29,160 bases of DNA, taken from IMG/VR virus record IMGVR_UViG_3300020166_000084, positions 1 through 29,160 of that record, one strand, 5' to 3'. The notes below the pieces were generated by a model. The model made no database searches, was not told where the DNA came from, and saw only the letters and a program-made list of their open reading frames with translations. A program made the position numbers and the translations under genes. Source of the DNA: a virus (lineage: Duplodnaviria > Caudoviricetes). Positions within the stretch are counted from its first letter, which is position 1; every line of letters begins with the position of its first letter. This document shows positions 17,087 through 25,557 of the stretch, piece after piece.

Positions 17087-17430
17087 TGCGAAATTTAATT
17101 ATCGGTGCCCTACTTTTTACATTGGGACAATCATTAATTTGGATTCAAACAAACGGACAGTTTCTTTGGCCATGGTTTAAAAAGAATCCTTGGTTAATTA
17201 GCTTTGGATTTGGAGGAATTATAAGTTACATTTTAATTAAAGCAACAGCTTATGTTGCCTCTTATTACGATGGTCTATTATGGCCAGGTAGATTCATAGG
17301 ATTCTCAACAGGTATCTTTATATTTACATTCATGACATATTATTTTATGAAAGAAGGTATAAATATTAAAACAGCAATTTCTCTTATTCTAGCTTTTGCA
17401 CTTATCTCCGTGCAATTATTTTGGAAATAA
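17086..17430 (+). CDS. Small 4-TM membrane protein (DMT/SMR-like topology)
   Basis: 114 aa with four hydrophobic segments; YFMKEGI..K before the last helix. Confidence 0.55.
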   Translation: MRNLIIGALLFTLGQSLIWIQTNGQFLWPWFKKNPWLISFGFGGIISYILIKATAYVASYYDGLLWPGRFIGFSTGIFIFTFMTYYFMKEGINIKTAISLILAFALISVQLFWK

Positions 17431-17440
17431 ATGCCCAAAG

Positions 17441-17491
17441 GTTTTTTTATCCCAAGTTTTTTTCTTATATTAGTACTATAATTAAAAAACA
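17441..17491 (+). promoter_or_regulatory. Putative early (host sigma) promoter, copy 2
   Basis: 45/51 nt identical to 13235-13285; TATATTAG at 17466-17473. Confidence 0.75.
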
Positions 17492-17496
17492 TATAC

Positions 17497-17910
17497 ATGA
17501 AAAAACCAACATTTAAAGCAAGCGAAGTAGTTTGCAACGGAATTACAGCTGGCGCAAAGCAGCTTATCAACGAACAAAACTATCAAACATTATCAACCTT
17601 TTTATCTACCCATTTTATGATGGCTTCTAAAAAACAGATTTTAGAAGAATTAAATGATTCTGGTGAAATATCAGGAGATTGGATGATTGGATCAAGGGTT
17701 AGTAGCAATGAAAAAATTCTAACCAGAATGGCAAGCGGTTTGTATAATTACGCTTCTGCATTATTTAATGATGAAAAAGAACTTGCTGAAATGTGGATAA
17801 ATTCACAGATTAAAATAATGACAGCTAAGGATATTATCACTATTATGGAATCTGCATTAATTGATTGTGCAACAGCGGACCACTGGTATACTTACGAAAA
17901 AGAATGGTAA
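17497..17910 (+). CDS. Hypothetical early protein (137 aa)
   Basis: Directly follows the repeated promoter; no motif recognised. Confidence 0.7.
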   Translation: MKKPTFKASEVVCNGITAGAKQLINEQNYQTLSTFLSTHFMMASKKQILEELNDSGEISGDWMIGSRVSSNEKILTRMASGLYNYASALFNDEKELAEMWINSQIKIMTAKDIITIMESALIDCATADHWYTYEKEW

Positions 17911-17917
17911 AAATCTT

Positions 17918-18151
17918 ATGATATTATCTATGAAAGAAAGAGTTGATAGAATTATGAACTCTAAAAAAATAATATATCTAAGTGACATGACAATTCATGA
18001 AGTACAATCAGTTGAACATGTTGGCCAACATCTTCTTTTTGTTGAAGTAGGCGGTGGCTTATTATTTCAAGACACTGATGTAATGACGCTCGACGAAGCA
18101 TGCGACGCTGAAAGATTTATAAACAAAATTAAAAAACAATATAAAATATAA
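17918..18151 (+). CDS. Hypothetical protein (start revised to ATG 17918 or 17930)
   Basis: In-frame ATGs lie just after the upstream stop; the track's TTG start overlaps the previous gene by 50 nt. Confidence 0.55.
   Translation: MILSMKERVDRIMNSKKIIYLSDMTIHEVQSVEHVGQHLLFVEVGGGLLFQDTDVMTLDEACDAERFINKIKKQYKI
18121..18147 (+). promoter_or_regulatory. Putative 'middle' promoter variant, AAAC-N17-TAAAAT
   Basis: Same spacing as the other five sites with one mismatch in the -10; lies before uvsE. Confidence 0.5.
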
Positions 18152-18154
18152 TAT

Positions 18155-19078
18155 ATGGCACAAGTAAACTTAGGGTACTGTTGTATCAATCTTACATTAC
18201 AAGAAAAAGAAGGTATCAAGATCGGTAGATCTATGATCAAACGAACGTTTCAAGCAAAAGGCATCAAATATGCTGGAGAGCTAGCGGAAGCAAATGTTCG
18301 CGATATGATTGAAATTATTAAATGGAATAAAAAGAAAGGTATTAACATCTATCGTATGTCTAGTTCTATGTTCCCTTGGATGAGCGAGTATGAGTTAACT
18401 GATTTACCTAATTGGAAAACAATCAAAAATCTATTAAAAGGCGCAGGCACGTTGGCTCAATCTTATAATCAAAGAATCGGTTTTCATCCTGGCCAGTTTT
18501 GTGTATTACCAAGCCCTACTCAAAAAGTTGTTGAAACTACAATAAGAGAATTAAATCAACATGCTTTTATTATGGACACTATGGGACTACCTCAAAACCA
18601 CACATATTCTATGAATATCCATGTTGGTGGTTCATACGGCGATAAAGCGGCAGCAAAGCAACGATTTATAGATAACTTTAAAAGACTCGGTGATTCTGCA
18701 AAGGCAAGACTTGTTTTAGAAAATGATGACAAGCCAGCACAGTATTCAGTTCAAGATCTATACGAGATATACGAACAAATAGGTACTCCAATTACTTTTG
18801 ACTATCATCACCATAGATGTTATGAAGATCCAATGCCAGAAGAAGATGCTCTTCGACTTGCTTCAAAAACTTGGCCAAAGGGTATTCGTCAATTATGCCA
18901 CTATTCATCATCTAAAAAGTTGCACGAAGACGCAAGTGTTATTATCAGAGCACATGCTGATTATGTTTATGAAAAGATAGAAACATACAATATGGATCTA
19001 GATATTGAACTAGAGGTAAAAGCAAAAGAACTTGCTTTAATTAAATATCAAAAGGATTATGAATTAGTCCTAAGTTAA
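18155..19078 (+). CDS. uvsE: UV-damage endonuclease (UvsE/UVDE)
   Basis: LGYCC, YRMSS.MFP, R..FHPGQF..L.SP, NIHVGG.YG.K, RLVLENDD, FDYHHH, HYS, HADY, E.KAKE.A. Confidence 0.92.
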   Translation: MAQVNLGYCCINLTLQEKEGIKIGRSMIKRTFQAKGIKYAGELAEANVRDMIEIIKWNKKKGINIYRMSSSMFPWMSEYELTDLPNWKTIKNLLKGAGTLAQSYNQRIGFHPGQFCVLPSPTQKVVETTIRELNQHAFIMDTMGLPQNHTYSMNIHVGGSYGDKAAAKQRFIDNFKRLGDSAKARLVLENDDKPAQYSVQDLYEIYEQIGTPITFDYHHHRCYEDPMPEEDALRLASKTWPKGIRQLCHYSSSKKLHEDASVIIRAHADYVYEKIETYNMDLDIELEVKAKELALIKYQKDYELVLS

Positions 19079-19080
19079 AT

Positions 19081-19090
19081 GAATATATAA
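19081..19090 (+). promoter_or_regulatory. Putative late promoter motif, GAATATATAA
   Basis: Lies 3 nt before the ATG of a probable virion protein. Confidence 0.45.
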
Positions 19091-19093
19091 CCT

Positions 19094-19633
19094 ATGAAGT
19101 TTATAAAAACGTTTGAAGATTGGAACGAAGTTTCACCTGAGTTAAAAGCACATGTCGAAGAAGGATTAGATCTTACTAATTCATTCTTCCGTCTAGGTAG
19201 TGATGGATATATTAAATTATTCGAAGAAGTAAAACAGTATTGGGATAAAAATAATATTATTCTTAAAGGACCTTCAGGATGGATGGCTAAAAATTTAGAT
19301 GTCGGTACTCCAGCACTATATACTCCACGTGGAGGTAAAACTATCAAAGTTAAATTAGACTCTCCAGAAAGAGGAGGTAAAAAGAAATTTATAGTATATA
19401 GAGACGGCGGAAGAAAAGATAAAGAAGGAAACATTCTTGCAAAGAAAGTAGAATGGGGAGATCCTAATCTTTCTGTAAAAAACGATGATCCTGGAAAGGC
19501 TGCTAGCTTTTGGGCAAGACATGGATGTGACAAAGCTGCTAAAATGGATCCTATGAAAGCAGGATTTTGGGCATGTTATGGACCTACATTATTTGGAAAA
19601 CAACTTGGCTTAAAAAGTGATCAACCATGGTAG
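19094..19633 (+). CDS. Conserved large-phage protein, probably head-packaged
   Basis: N-terminus MKFIKTFEDWNE resembles a capsid-targeting sequence; C-terminal KKVEWGDP...SFWARHGCD...GFWAC resembles a family I recall from large myoviruses (possibly DUF6321). Confidence 0.6.
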   Translation: MKFIKTFEDWNEVSPELKAHVEEGLDLTNSFFRLGSDGYIKLFEEVKQYWDKNNIILKGPSGWMAKNLDVGTPALYTPRGGKTIKVKLDSPERGGKKKFIVYRDGGRKDKEGNILAKKVEWGDPNLSVKNDDPGKAASFWARHGCDKAAKMDPMKAGFWACYGPTLFGKQLGLKSDQPW

Positions 19634-19977
19634 AAAAAGATTGTAAATGTAAATCATGTAAATGTGGAGACATGACAATGGATGAAATGATATCTATGAT
19701 AGATGATCAGACATTACCTTTTACAGAGACTATCATTTCAGAGAATGAAGTTATAAGAGAATTCAAAACAAAATATCCTGACCACTTATATAAATGGCAC
19801 AGTGATCCTGAAGATAGAATTATTAAAGTATTAGAAGACTCTGATTGGAAATTTCAATATGACAATGAAATTCCAACCGCATTACTTACAGGGATTGATA
19901 TTAAGATACCAAAAGGAACAATTCATAGAATTATACCTGGTAAATCTCATCTAAAAATACTTATAAAAAAGAATTAA
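19627..19977 (+). CDS. Small cupin-like protein with a Cys-rich N-terminus
   Basis: WHSDPEDR (motif 1) and IPKGTIHRI (motif 2); N-terminal CKCKSCKC. Confidence 0.6.
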   Translation: MVEKDCKCKSCKCGDMTMDEMISMIDDQTLPFTETIISENEVIREFKTKYPDHLYKWHSDPEDRIIKVLEDSDWKFQYDNEIPTALLTGIDIKIPKGTIHRIIPGKSHLKILIKKN

Positions 19978-19995
19978 AAATCAAAAATATAATAT

Positions 19996-20005
19996 AGATA
20001 TATAA
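19996..20005 (+). promoter_or_regulatory. Putative late promoter motif, AGATATATAA
   Basis: Upstream of the acidic protein, which is followed by its own terminator. Confidence 0.45.
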
Positions 20006-20039
20006 TCTAATAATAAAAAACAATAATTTTTAACATATT

Positions 20040-20774
20040 ATGGCAAAATTAAAATCATTTGAACAGTTTTTATCTGAAATGGATAGAACTGAAGAAATTC
20101 AACAAGACGTTGTTGAACTAGGAGCTCCAGATGAAAAAGGTGCTGAAGAAGCTCAAGCTGACTCAGAAACTGTACAATCTGAAAGTGACGAAGTTAAGGA
20201 ATTAACTGAAGAAACAGTAGAAGAAGGTAACGCCTTTGGAGACGCTGTTAGAAAGGCTAAAGAAGCTGGTGAGGAAGAATTCGAATTCGAAGGAGAAACT
20301 TACAAGGTTGAAGAAGAAGTTGAAGCTGAAGAAGCAACAGAAGAAGTTGAAGCTTTAGAAGAAACTGAAACAACTGAAGAAGCTGTAGAAGAATCTGCAA
20401 CAGAAGAAACTGAAGAGGTTGAAGAAACTGTAGAAGAAGCTGTAACAGAAGAAGCTGAAGAAGAAGCTGAAGAAGAAGCTGTAGCAGAAGAATCTAAAAC
20501 AGTATCTGAAAGTTTAAAAGAAGTTTATGAATTGTGTAAAAGCGAAGCTAAGGCTTACGAAGAAGACGCACATGACGAACACACAGTAGAATCTTACATG
20601 AAAGAAAACGCTGCATTAATCGCTGCATTAGCTGCTCAATCTTTAAAAGAAATGAAAGAAGAATATGCAGTAGAAGCTTATGAAGCTGCTTGTAATTCTA
20701 TGATAGAATCTTACACTAACAAAATGAATGAGATGAAAGAATCTGATAGCGCACATGACGCTGAAGAAGCTTAA
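20040..20774 (+). CDS. Very acidic Glu-rich protein, probable prohead core/internal protein
   Basis: MAKLKSFEQFLSE N-terminus, many (L/V/I/M)-x-E sites, low-complexity EEAE tracts. Confidence 0.6.
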   Translation: MAKLKSFEQFLSEMDRTEEIQQDVVELGAPDEKGAEEAQADSETVQSESDEVKELTEETVEEGNAFGDAVRKAKEAGEEEFEFEGETYKVEEEVEAEEATEEVEALEETETTEEAVEESATEETEEVEETVEEAVTEEAEEEAEEEAVAEESKTVSESLKEVYELCKSEAKAYEEDAHDEHTVESYMKENAALIAALAAQSLKEMKEEYAVEAYEAACNSMIESYTNKMNEMKESDSAHDAEEA

Positions 20775-20797
20775 TAACATATAATTTACTCTCTAAT

Positions 20798-20825
20798 AAA
20801 GCCTGGATTTCTCCAGGCTTTTTTT
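20798..20825 (+). terminator. Rho-independent terminator
   Basis: aaagcctgga-tttc-tccaggcttt followed by a T run. Confidence 0.9.
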
Positions 20826-20831
20826 ATTTAT

Positions 20832-20858
20832 AAACTATTCTACATTTATTGATATAAT
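20832..20858 (+). promoter_or_regulatory. Putative 'middle' promoter, AAAC-N17-TATAAT
   Basis: AAAC at 20832-20835 and TATAAT at 20853-20858, right after a terminator (same layout as 7355-7432). Confidence 0.7.
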
Positions 20859-20879
20859 ATATCAATAAAACAAATAAAT

Positions 20880-21302
20880 ATGCCAAGATTACCTATCGAG
20901 ATAATTTATATGCAAAACGCATATCAATTTGCGAAGCTAAGCTACGCTGAAAGAAGAAAAGTAGGATGTATTATTGTAAAAGATCACCAAGTTATTTCTT
21001 TTGGATATAACGGAATGCCACATGGCTTTAATAATCAATGTGAAGATGGTGAAGTGACAAAACCTGCGGTTTTACATGCGGAATCAAACGCAATTATGAA
21101 AGTTGCAAAATCAACAATGAGTTGCGAAGGTGCTGAATTATATACAACAACATGTCCCTGTTTTGGCTGTGCAAAGTTAATTATACAAGCTGGTATATCA
21201 AAAGTGTATTATACAGAAGATTATAGAGATATGAGCGGTGTTGAATTATTACAACAAGCTGGTATTATGGTTGAACAAGTAAATGTTTGGAATGGGATTT
21301 AA
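20880..21302 (+). CDS. dCMP deaminase (ComEB-like)
   Basis: RKVGC, GYNG.P, HAESNAI, PCFGC..LIIQAGI (zinc-binding HAE/PCxxC). Confidence 0.92.
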   Translation: MPRLPIEIIYMQNAYQFAKLSYAERRKVGCIIVKDHQVISFGYNGMPHGFNNQCEDGEVTKPAVLHAESNAIMKVAKSTMSCEGAELYTTTCPCFGCAKLIIQAGISKVYYTEDYRDMSGVELLQQAGIMVEQVNVWNGI

Positions 21303-21480
21303 TAAAAGATATGTACCAGGGGTTAAAGAATTAAAGAAGATATTGTTAGAGAATGGATCTGATTGGTTCTATAAAATATATGTAACATCCCCCGATGCTC
21401 TTATAGGGCCATCTGGATCAATAAAATTTATTGAAAAATTTCAAAAAGAACATTTTAATAAACAAAATCATTTTTCGTGA
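21283..21480 (+). CDS. Hypothetical protein (start possibly ATG 21292)
   Basis: Short ORF on the coding strand filling the gap. Confidence 0.55.
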   Translation: MFGMGFNKRYVPGVKELKKILLENGSDWFYKIYVTSPDALIGPSGSIKFIEKFQKEHFNKQNHFS

Positions 21481-21486
21481 TATAAT
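21460..21486 (+). promoter_or_regulatory. Putative 'middle' promoter, AAAC-N17-TATAAT
   Basis: AAAC at 21460-21463 and TATAAT at 21481-21486. Confidence 0.7.
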
Positions 21487-21500
21487 AATAAATTTATAAA

Positions 21501-22010
21501 ATGGCAGAAGTGAAAGATAACATAGAGAAATACCAATGGAAAAAAGGAGATAACTTTGGTAAAATAGTAATTGTTGAAAAAAAAGACGATAAATTTACAC
21601 ACTTTACCGATGGTTCCAAGATATTTAATACAGCTATTAATGAGTTTTTAGAAAAGGTAGAAGATAATTATATACCCTTTCCGCATGCAAATCTAGCAAA
21701 CAATAATAGTTCTGTTCAAACACAACAAGAAGCTACAATTGTTAATACACCTATTACAAAGGTACCGGAACCAACCATCATGGGAAAAATGATTACAAAG
21801 ATGAGTAAAAAGAATGTTGTAAACGTTCCTATTCAAATCAACTTAAACATACCTTCACCAGCGCTTCATGTCATGTTATCTGAAAACATGGAGTTAGAAG
21901 ATCTTAATAGTGAAATTATGGAGGTTGTTCTTTCTCAAATAGAAATAGAAAAATTAAAGGATTACGTTAAATTAAATGTAGAAGATTTCTTAAAAAAATA
22001 CTACTCATAA
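21501..22010 (+). CDS. Hypothetical protein (169 aa)
   Basis: Clear ORF; two domains joined by a polar linker. Confidence 0.7.
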   Translation: MAEVKDNIEKYQWKKGDNFGKIVIVEKKDDKFTHFTDGSKIFNTAINEFLEKVEDNYIPFPHANLANNNSSVQTQQEATIVNTPITKVPEPTIMGKMITKMSKKNVVNVPIQINLNIPSPALHVMLSENMELEDLNSEIMEVVLSQIEIEKLKDYVKLNVEDFLKKYYS

Positions 22011-22019
22011 TATAAAAGG

Positions 22020-22027
22020 TATAAATA
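22020..22027 (+). promoter_or_regulatory. TATAAATA, matching the T4 late promoter consensus
   Basis: Exact intergenic match, but the background is AT-rich. Confidence 0.35.
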
Positions 22028-22055
22028 TACTATAATCAATTAAACATTATAAAAA

Positions 22056-22448
22056 ATGGCAAAAGGATCATCATACGCTAGAAAGCAAAGAAGACAACAA
22101 TTTAGACAAGCAGGTTTTTTAAAAATTAAAAATATGTTCGGAAGATACTCAGAACAAGGAATCGCCTGGTATACTAAAATGGCTGAAGACGGAAGAGAAT
22201 TAGAAAGTATGAACGAAAAAAGAAGATTAGACTCAATTGAAGAGCAATTAATGTCTAAATTAAATATATTAAAAGAAACTTGGGAATCTTTCGGATATAA
22301 CTCTGATGAAATTTCTAAACTAGAAGATGCATGGACAATAACTGCAATTAAAGATAAAGATACTTATAGAGCTGATAAAAAGCAAGCAAACGTATTAAGA
22401 AAAGAAGCTCAACACTCTTTAGCAGCCAGAAAAAATGCAGCAAATTAA
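22056..22448 (+). CDS. Hypothetical protein (130 aa, helical, basic N-terminus)
   Basis: Clear ORF overlapping the next start. Confidence 0.7.
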   Translation: MAKGSSYARKQRRQQFRQAGFLKIKNMFGRYSEQGIAWYTKMAEDGRELESMNEKRRLDSIEEQLMSKLNILKETWESFGYNSDEISKLEDAWTITAIKDKDTYRADKKQANVLRKEAQHSLAARKNAAN

Positions 22449-22749
22449 ATTACAACTAGCAGATAACGGGGTAATACGAACGGTTGTTGACGATAATATT
22501 AATGGCGCCGGAGAAACTTACGAATCTACTACAGTATATGAGTTTGATAGTATATCAGACAAAATTAGATTTATTGAAGAATTATGTATAGACGTTGGTC
22601 TAGAATTAGGAAACTCTAAATCTAAAACGCAAATACAAATTAACTCAGATTGGGGAGAACATTATAAGGCTTCTCCATCCGAGATTGATTTTAAAATAAA
22701 AAACCTGGAGCTTAAAATAAAAGAGCTCCAAGAAATTAAGAATGGATAA
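22435..22749 (+). CDS. Hypothetical protein (104 aa, C-terminal coiled coil)
   Basis: Overlapping starts and stops with both neighbours. Confidence 0.7.
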   Translation: MQQIKLQLADNGVIRTVVDDNINGAGETYESTTVYEFDSISDKIRFIEELCIDVGLELGNSKSKTQIQINSDWGEHYKASPSEIDFKIKNLELKIKELQEIKNG

Positions 22750-23149
22750 TTTAAATATTGAATGTGTTTGGTATAATTCTAAAAGAGATTTTAATAAGTT
22801 CGTAAGATCTATTGAAGATCCTCAATTAAGTATTATAGATTATTCTATAATTAAAAACAAGCTTGTAAAGGCTGATCCATATAACGAAGAACCTATAGAT
22901 TCTATTATAGGTTTAAATATCATTCAATCTTTAAAAAACGCAGTTAATCCTGAAAAGAAACCTATAACAACTGTAGTTTATTCTTTTAAAAATCTAAATA
23001 TAGATACGGTTTCTAATACAAAAGATTTAATAAATTCAATAACTGAAAGAGAAATTAGTTTTGTTTTAAATGTTTTAAATATGGACGATATTCCTTCTAA
23101 AGAAATTTTAAGCAAATTTGATTTCGTTAAGTTTGTAGACAATGGTTAA
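22742..23149 (+). CDS. Hypothetical protein (135 aa)
   Basis: 8-nt overlaps with both neighbours. Confidence 0.7.
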   Translation: MDNLNIECVWYNSKRDFNKFVRSIEDPQLSIIDYSIIKNKLVKADPYNEEPIDSIIGLNIIQSLKNAVNPEKKPITTVVYSFKNLNIDTVSNTKDLINSITEREISFVLNVLNMDDIPSKEILSKFDFVKFVDNG

Positions 23150-23732
23150 TCATAGGCTTTTTAGTAAGGGTGAATATATTCATGCTTTAATTTCAAACAC
23201 AAGATATTCAAATATAGTTTTTCCAGTTAGGGCAATAATATATGATGTAAAGTTTGATGAAACAATGCCTAAATATCAGATTAGAATAGTTAAGTTCTAT
23301 GATGATATTAATTTCTTAAAAAGATATTTCTTTGATATGAACTTCGATAAAAATTTTGATGGAGGTTCAACTAAATTTAGATTTAATAGAGATAAATTTA
23401 AAACTAAAGATGAACTTACTAAATATCTAGACGCAAACGCTGAAACATATTCAATCGTGGTTGATTCGGTTATGTGTACTAAATCATATAACCAGATTTC
23501 AGAGTTATATAATAATATTCAAGATTTTTTAATTGAAAAAGAATTAAGAGACTTATATGAAAAAGCCACAAGATCTTCTTATTCTAAAGGCCAATATTAT
23601 TATGAATCTAAAGGAGTATTTGAAGCCCATCTTAAAAAGTTTTTAGGAGATAGAGCACCATCCAATAAAAAATACTACGATAAATTACTTTTTAGACCAA
23701 CAGGACCTGACTACGATAACTTAAAAGCATAG
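23142..23732 (+). CDS. Hypothetical protein (196 aa)
   Basis: Clear ORF; no motif recognised. Confidence 0.7.
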   Translation: MVNHRLFSKGEYIHALISNTRYSNIVFPVRAIIYDVKFDETMPKYQIRIVKFYDDINFLKRYFFDMNFDKNFDGGSTKFRFNRDKFKTKDELTKYLDANAETYSIVVDSVMCTKSYNQISELYNNIQDFLIEKELRDLYEKATRSSYSKGQYYYESKGVFEAHLKKFLGDRAPSNKKYYDKLLFRPTGPDYDNLKA

Positions 23733-23742
23733 GAATAAATCT

Positions 23743-23754
23743 GAATATATATAA
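23743..23754 (+). promoter_or_regulatory. Putative late promoter motif, GAATATATATAA
   Basis: Lies at the head of the baseplate gene cluster. Confidence 0.45.
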
Positions 23755-23783
23755 TACTAGTTTAAATAATATTATATAATTAC

Positions 23784-25556
23784 ATGCCAGGACTTAATAT
23801 AAAAGGTGCAACTAATTCTGTTGGAAAAGGAATCAGTAAAGGAATTCAAGGTGGAATAAACTCTATTAAAAAAGCCGCCGGCTTTGATGTTGATTTAGAA
23901 AATCCAGATGGAGTTCAATCTCAACTTTCTTCTAGAAATACAAATAACTCTTTAAAATCTAATCAAAATCTAGACAGCAGCGGAAATCTAGCGGCTTCTG
24001 CGAGAGAAAACACATCAGAGTCCAGCTCTGACGTGTTTTATACAAATTTCGAAGATTCAGTAACGCATAAAATTCCCGCGGGAACAGATGAAGGTGAAAA
24101 TAAAACAACAGGTGGAGAAGTTACCATAGGTCGCAGGCCGTTTTCTTTATTTAGTAAATATTCTTTAGTTGATTTTAGAGGAAGTATTTTAAATCCAGAA
24201 GGTGGTAAAATTGCAGGTGCGAGTAAGCATTTTAATAAAATTGACCCAAGTGTATTATCAAATCCAACTGCATCTAAAATTATAGAAATGACTGGGCAAA
24301 TTGCTGATAATTATGGGTATGAATATAGTTACTCTGATTTTGCATTAACAAGATATTTTGGTAAAATACCAAATAATATGATGATTACTTTAAGAAGATT
24401 TTCATTTCCATGCCCTGACGATATTATATCTCCAAAGAGTATGGGTGGAGAAAAGGTTCCACAGCCAGATATAGCACGAGCTATTACTTGGATGGGAGAA
24501 TCTACTGGTAATAATCTATCAGATATTATGAAATTTTCTCATGGATTTAATTGGAAAGAAGCTGAGGCTAAGGTACAAACACTGCAATCTCAAAGCCAGT
24601 CTAGTTCAGGTACATTTGGAGCCAGAATCGCTGGAGATAGATTATTATCAGCAGCATCAAATGCTGCTAATGGTGTCGGTGCTGTAGAAGCCGCGGCAAA
24701 AAAAGCAAATGCTGGATATGATTCTTTTTCTAATACATATCCTAATCACGTATTTGGTCCTATTAATGTAATTAATAAAGTTCTGATGAGAGAACAGGGT
24801 ATGACATTTAATCAAGAATTTAGTCTTAAGTTTGAATATGAGCTAAGAGATCTTGGAGGAGCAAACCCTAAAGTTTTAATGTTAGATCAACTCGCAAACA
24901 TAATGGCTCTTACATATAACAATGCTCCTTTCTGGGGTGGTGCTGTTAGATATATTGGAGATGGTGGACCTGCTAAACCGTTGGGTGATATTAATAAAAT
25001 AAGAAGTGGAGATTTTGGAGGTTTTATGAAATCTGTTCTTAATGATCTAAGCGGAAACCCAAGAGGAACTTCTCTGAAAAACATGTTTTCAAGTGTAAAG
25101 GATGGTCTAAAAAAGGATGGTGTTGGTAAAGTTTTTGGAAATTTATTAGGAGGTGGTTTAATGAAAATGTTTAATACTCCACAAGGAGGACAGGCAGTTC
25201 AGTCTCTTTTAACCGGTGATTCAACTGGACAATGGCATGTTACTATTGGTAATCCATTAAATCCTATTGCAATTATGGGTAATATGGCATGTACTGATAC
25301 TGAAGTAAATTTCGAAGGACCTATGGGACCTAACGATTTCCCGGAAAGAATGGTAGTAATTGTTAAATTAAAACCAGCAAGGCCAAGGGATAAAGCTGAA
25401 ATTGAATCAATGTTTAACTTAGGGCGTGGTAGATTCTACATACAACCTGCAGAATCGGTAGATATTAATGCAGTAACAGATGTTGATGCGTATGGTAAAA
25501 CTAAAGGCAAAAAATCGAATCTTACTAAAGAATTAAGAAAAATAGCAAACGGATAA
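23784..25556 (+). CDS. Probable baseplate/tail-tube-associated structural protein (590 aa)
   Basis: First gene of the baseplate cluster; function inferred from position only. Confidence 0.45.
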   Translation: MPGLNIKGATNSVGKGISKGIQGGINSIKKAAGFDVDLENPDGVQSQLSSRNTNNSLKSNQNLDSSGNLAASARENTSESSSDVFYTNFEDSVTHKIPAGTDEGENKTTGGEVTIGRRPFSLFSKYSLVDFRGSILNPEGGKIAGASKHFNKIDPSVLSNPTASKIIEMTGQIADNYGYEYSYSDFALTRYFGKIPNNMMITLRRFSFPCPDDIISPKSMGGEKVPQPDIARAITWMGESTGNNLSDIMKFSHGFNWKEAEAKVQTLQSQSQSSSGTFGARIAGDRLLSAASNAANGVGAVEAAAKKANAGYDSFSNTYPNHVFGPINVINKVLMREQGMTFNQEFSLKFEYELRDLGGANPKVLMLDQLANIMALTYNNAPFWGGAVRYIGDGGPAKPLGDINKIRSGDFGGFMKSVLNDLSGNPRGTSLKNMFSSVKDGLKKDGVGKVFGNLLGGGLMKMFNTPQGGQAVQSLLTGDSTGQWHVTIGNPLNPIAIMGNMACTDTEVNFEGPMGPNDFPERMVVIVKLKPARPRDKAEIESMFNLGRGRFYIQPAESVDINAVTDVDAYGKTKGKKSNLTKELRKIANG

Positions 25557-25557
25557 T

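Noticed and set aside
19075-19533. 152-aa minus-strand ORF, and other antisense ORFs at 7570, 14864, 15122, 16807, 17340, 24887, 26206, 28317 and 28795
   Set aside because: All overlap well-supported + strand genes and show no motifs.
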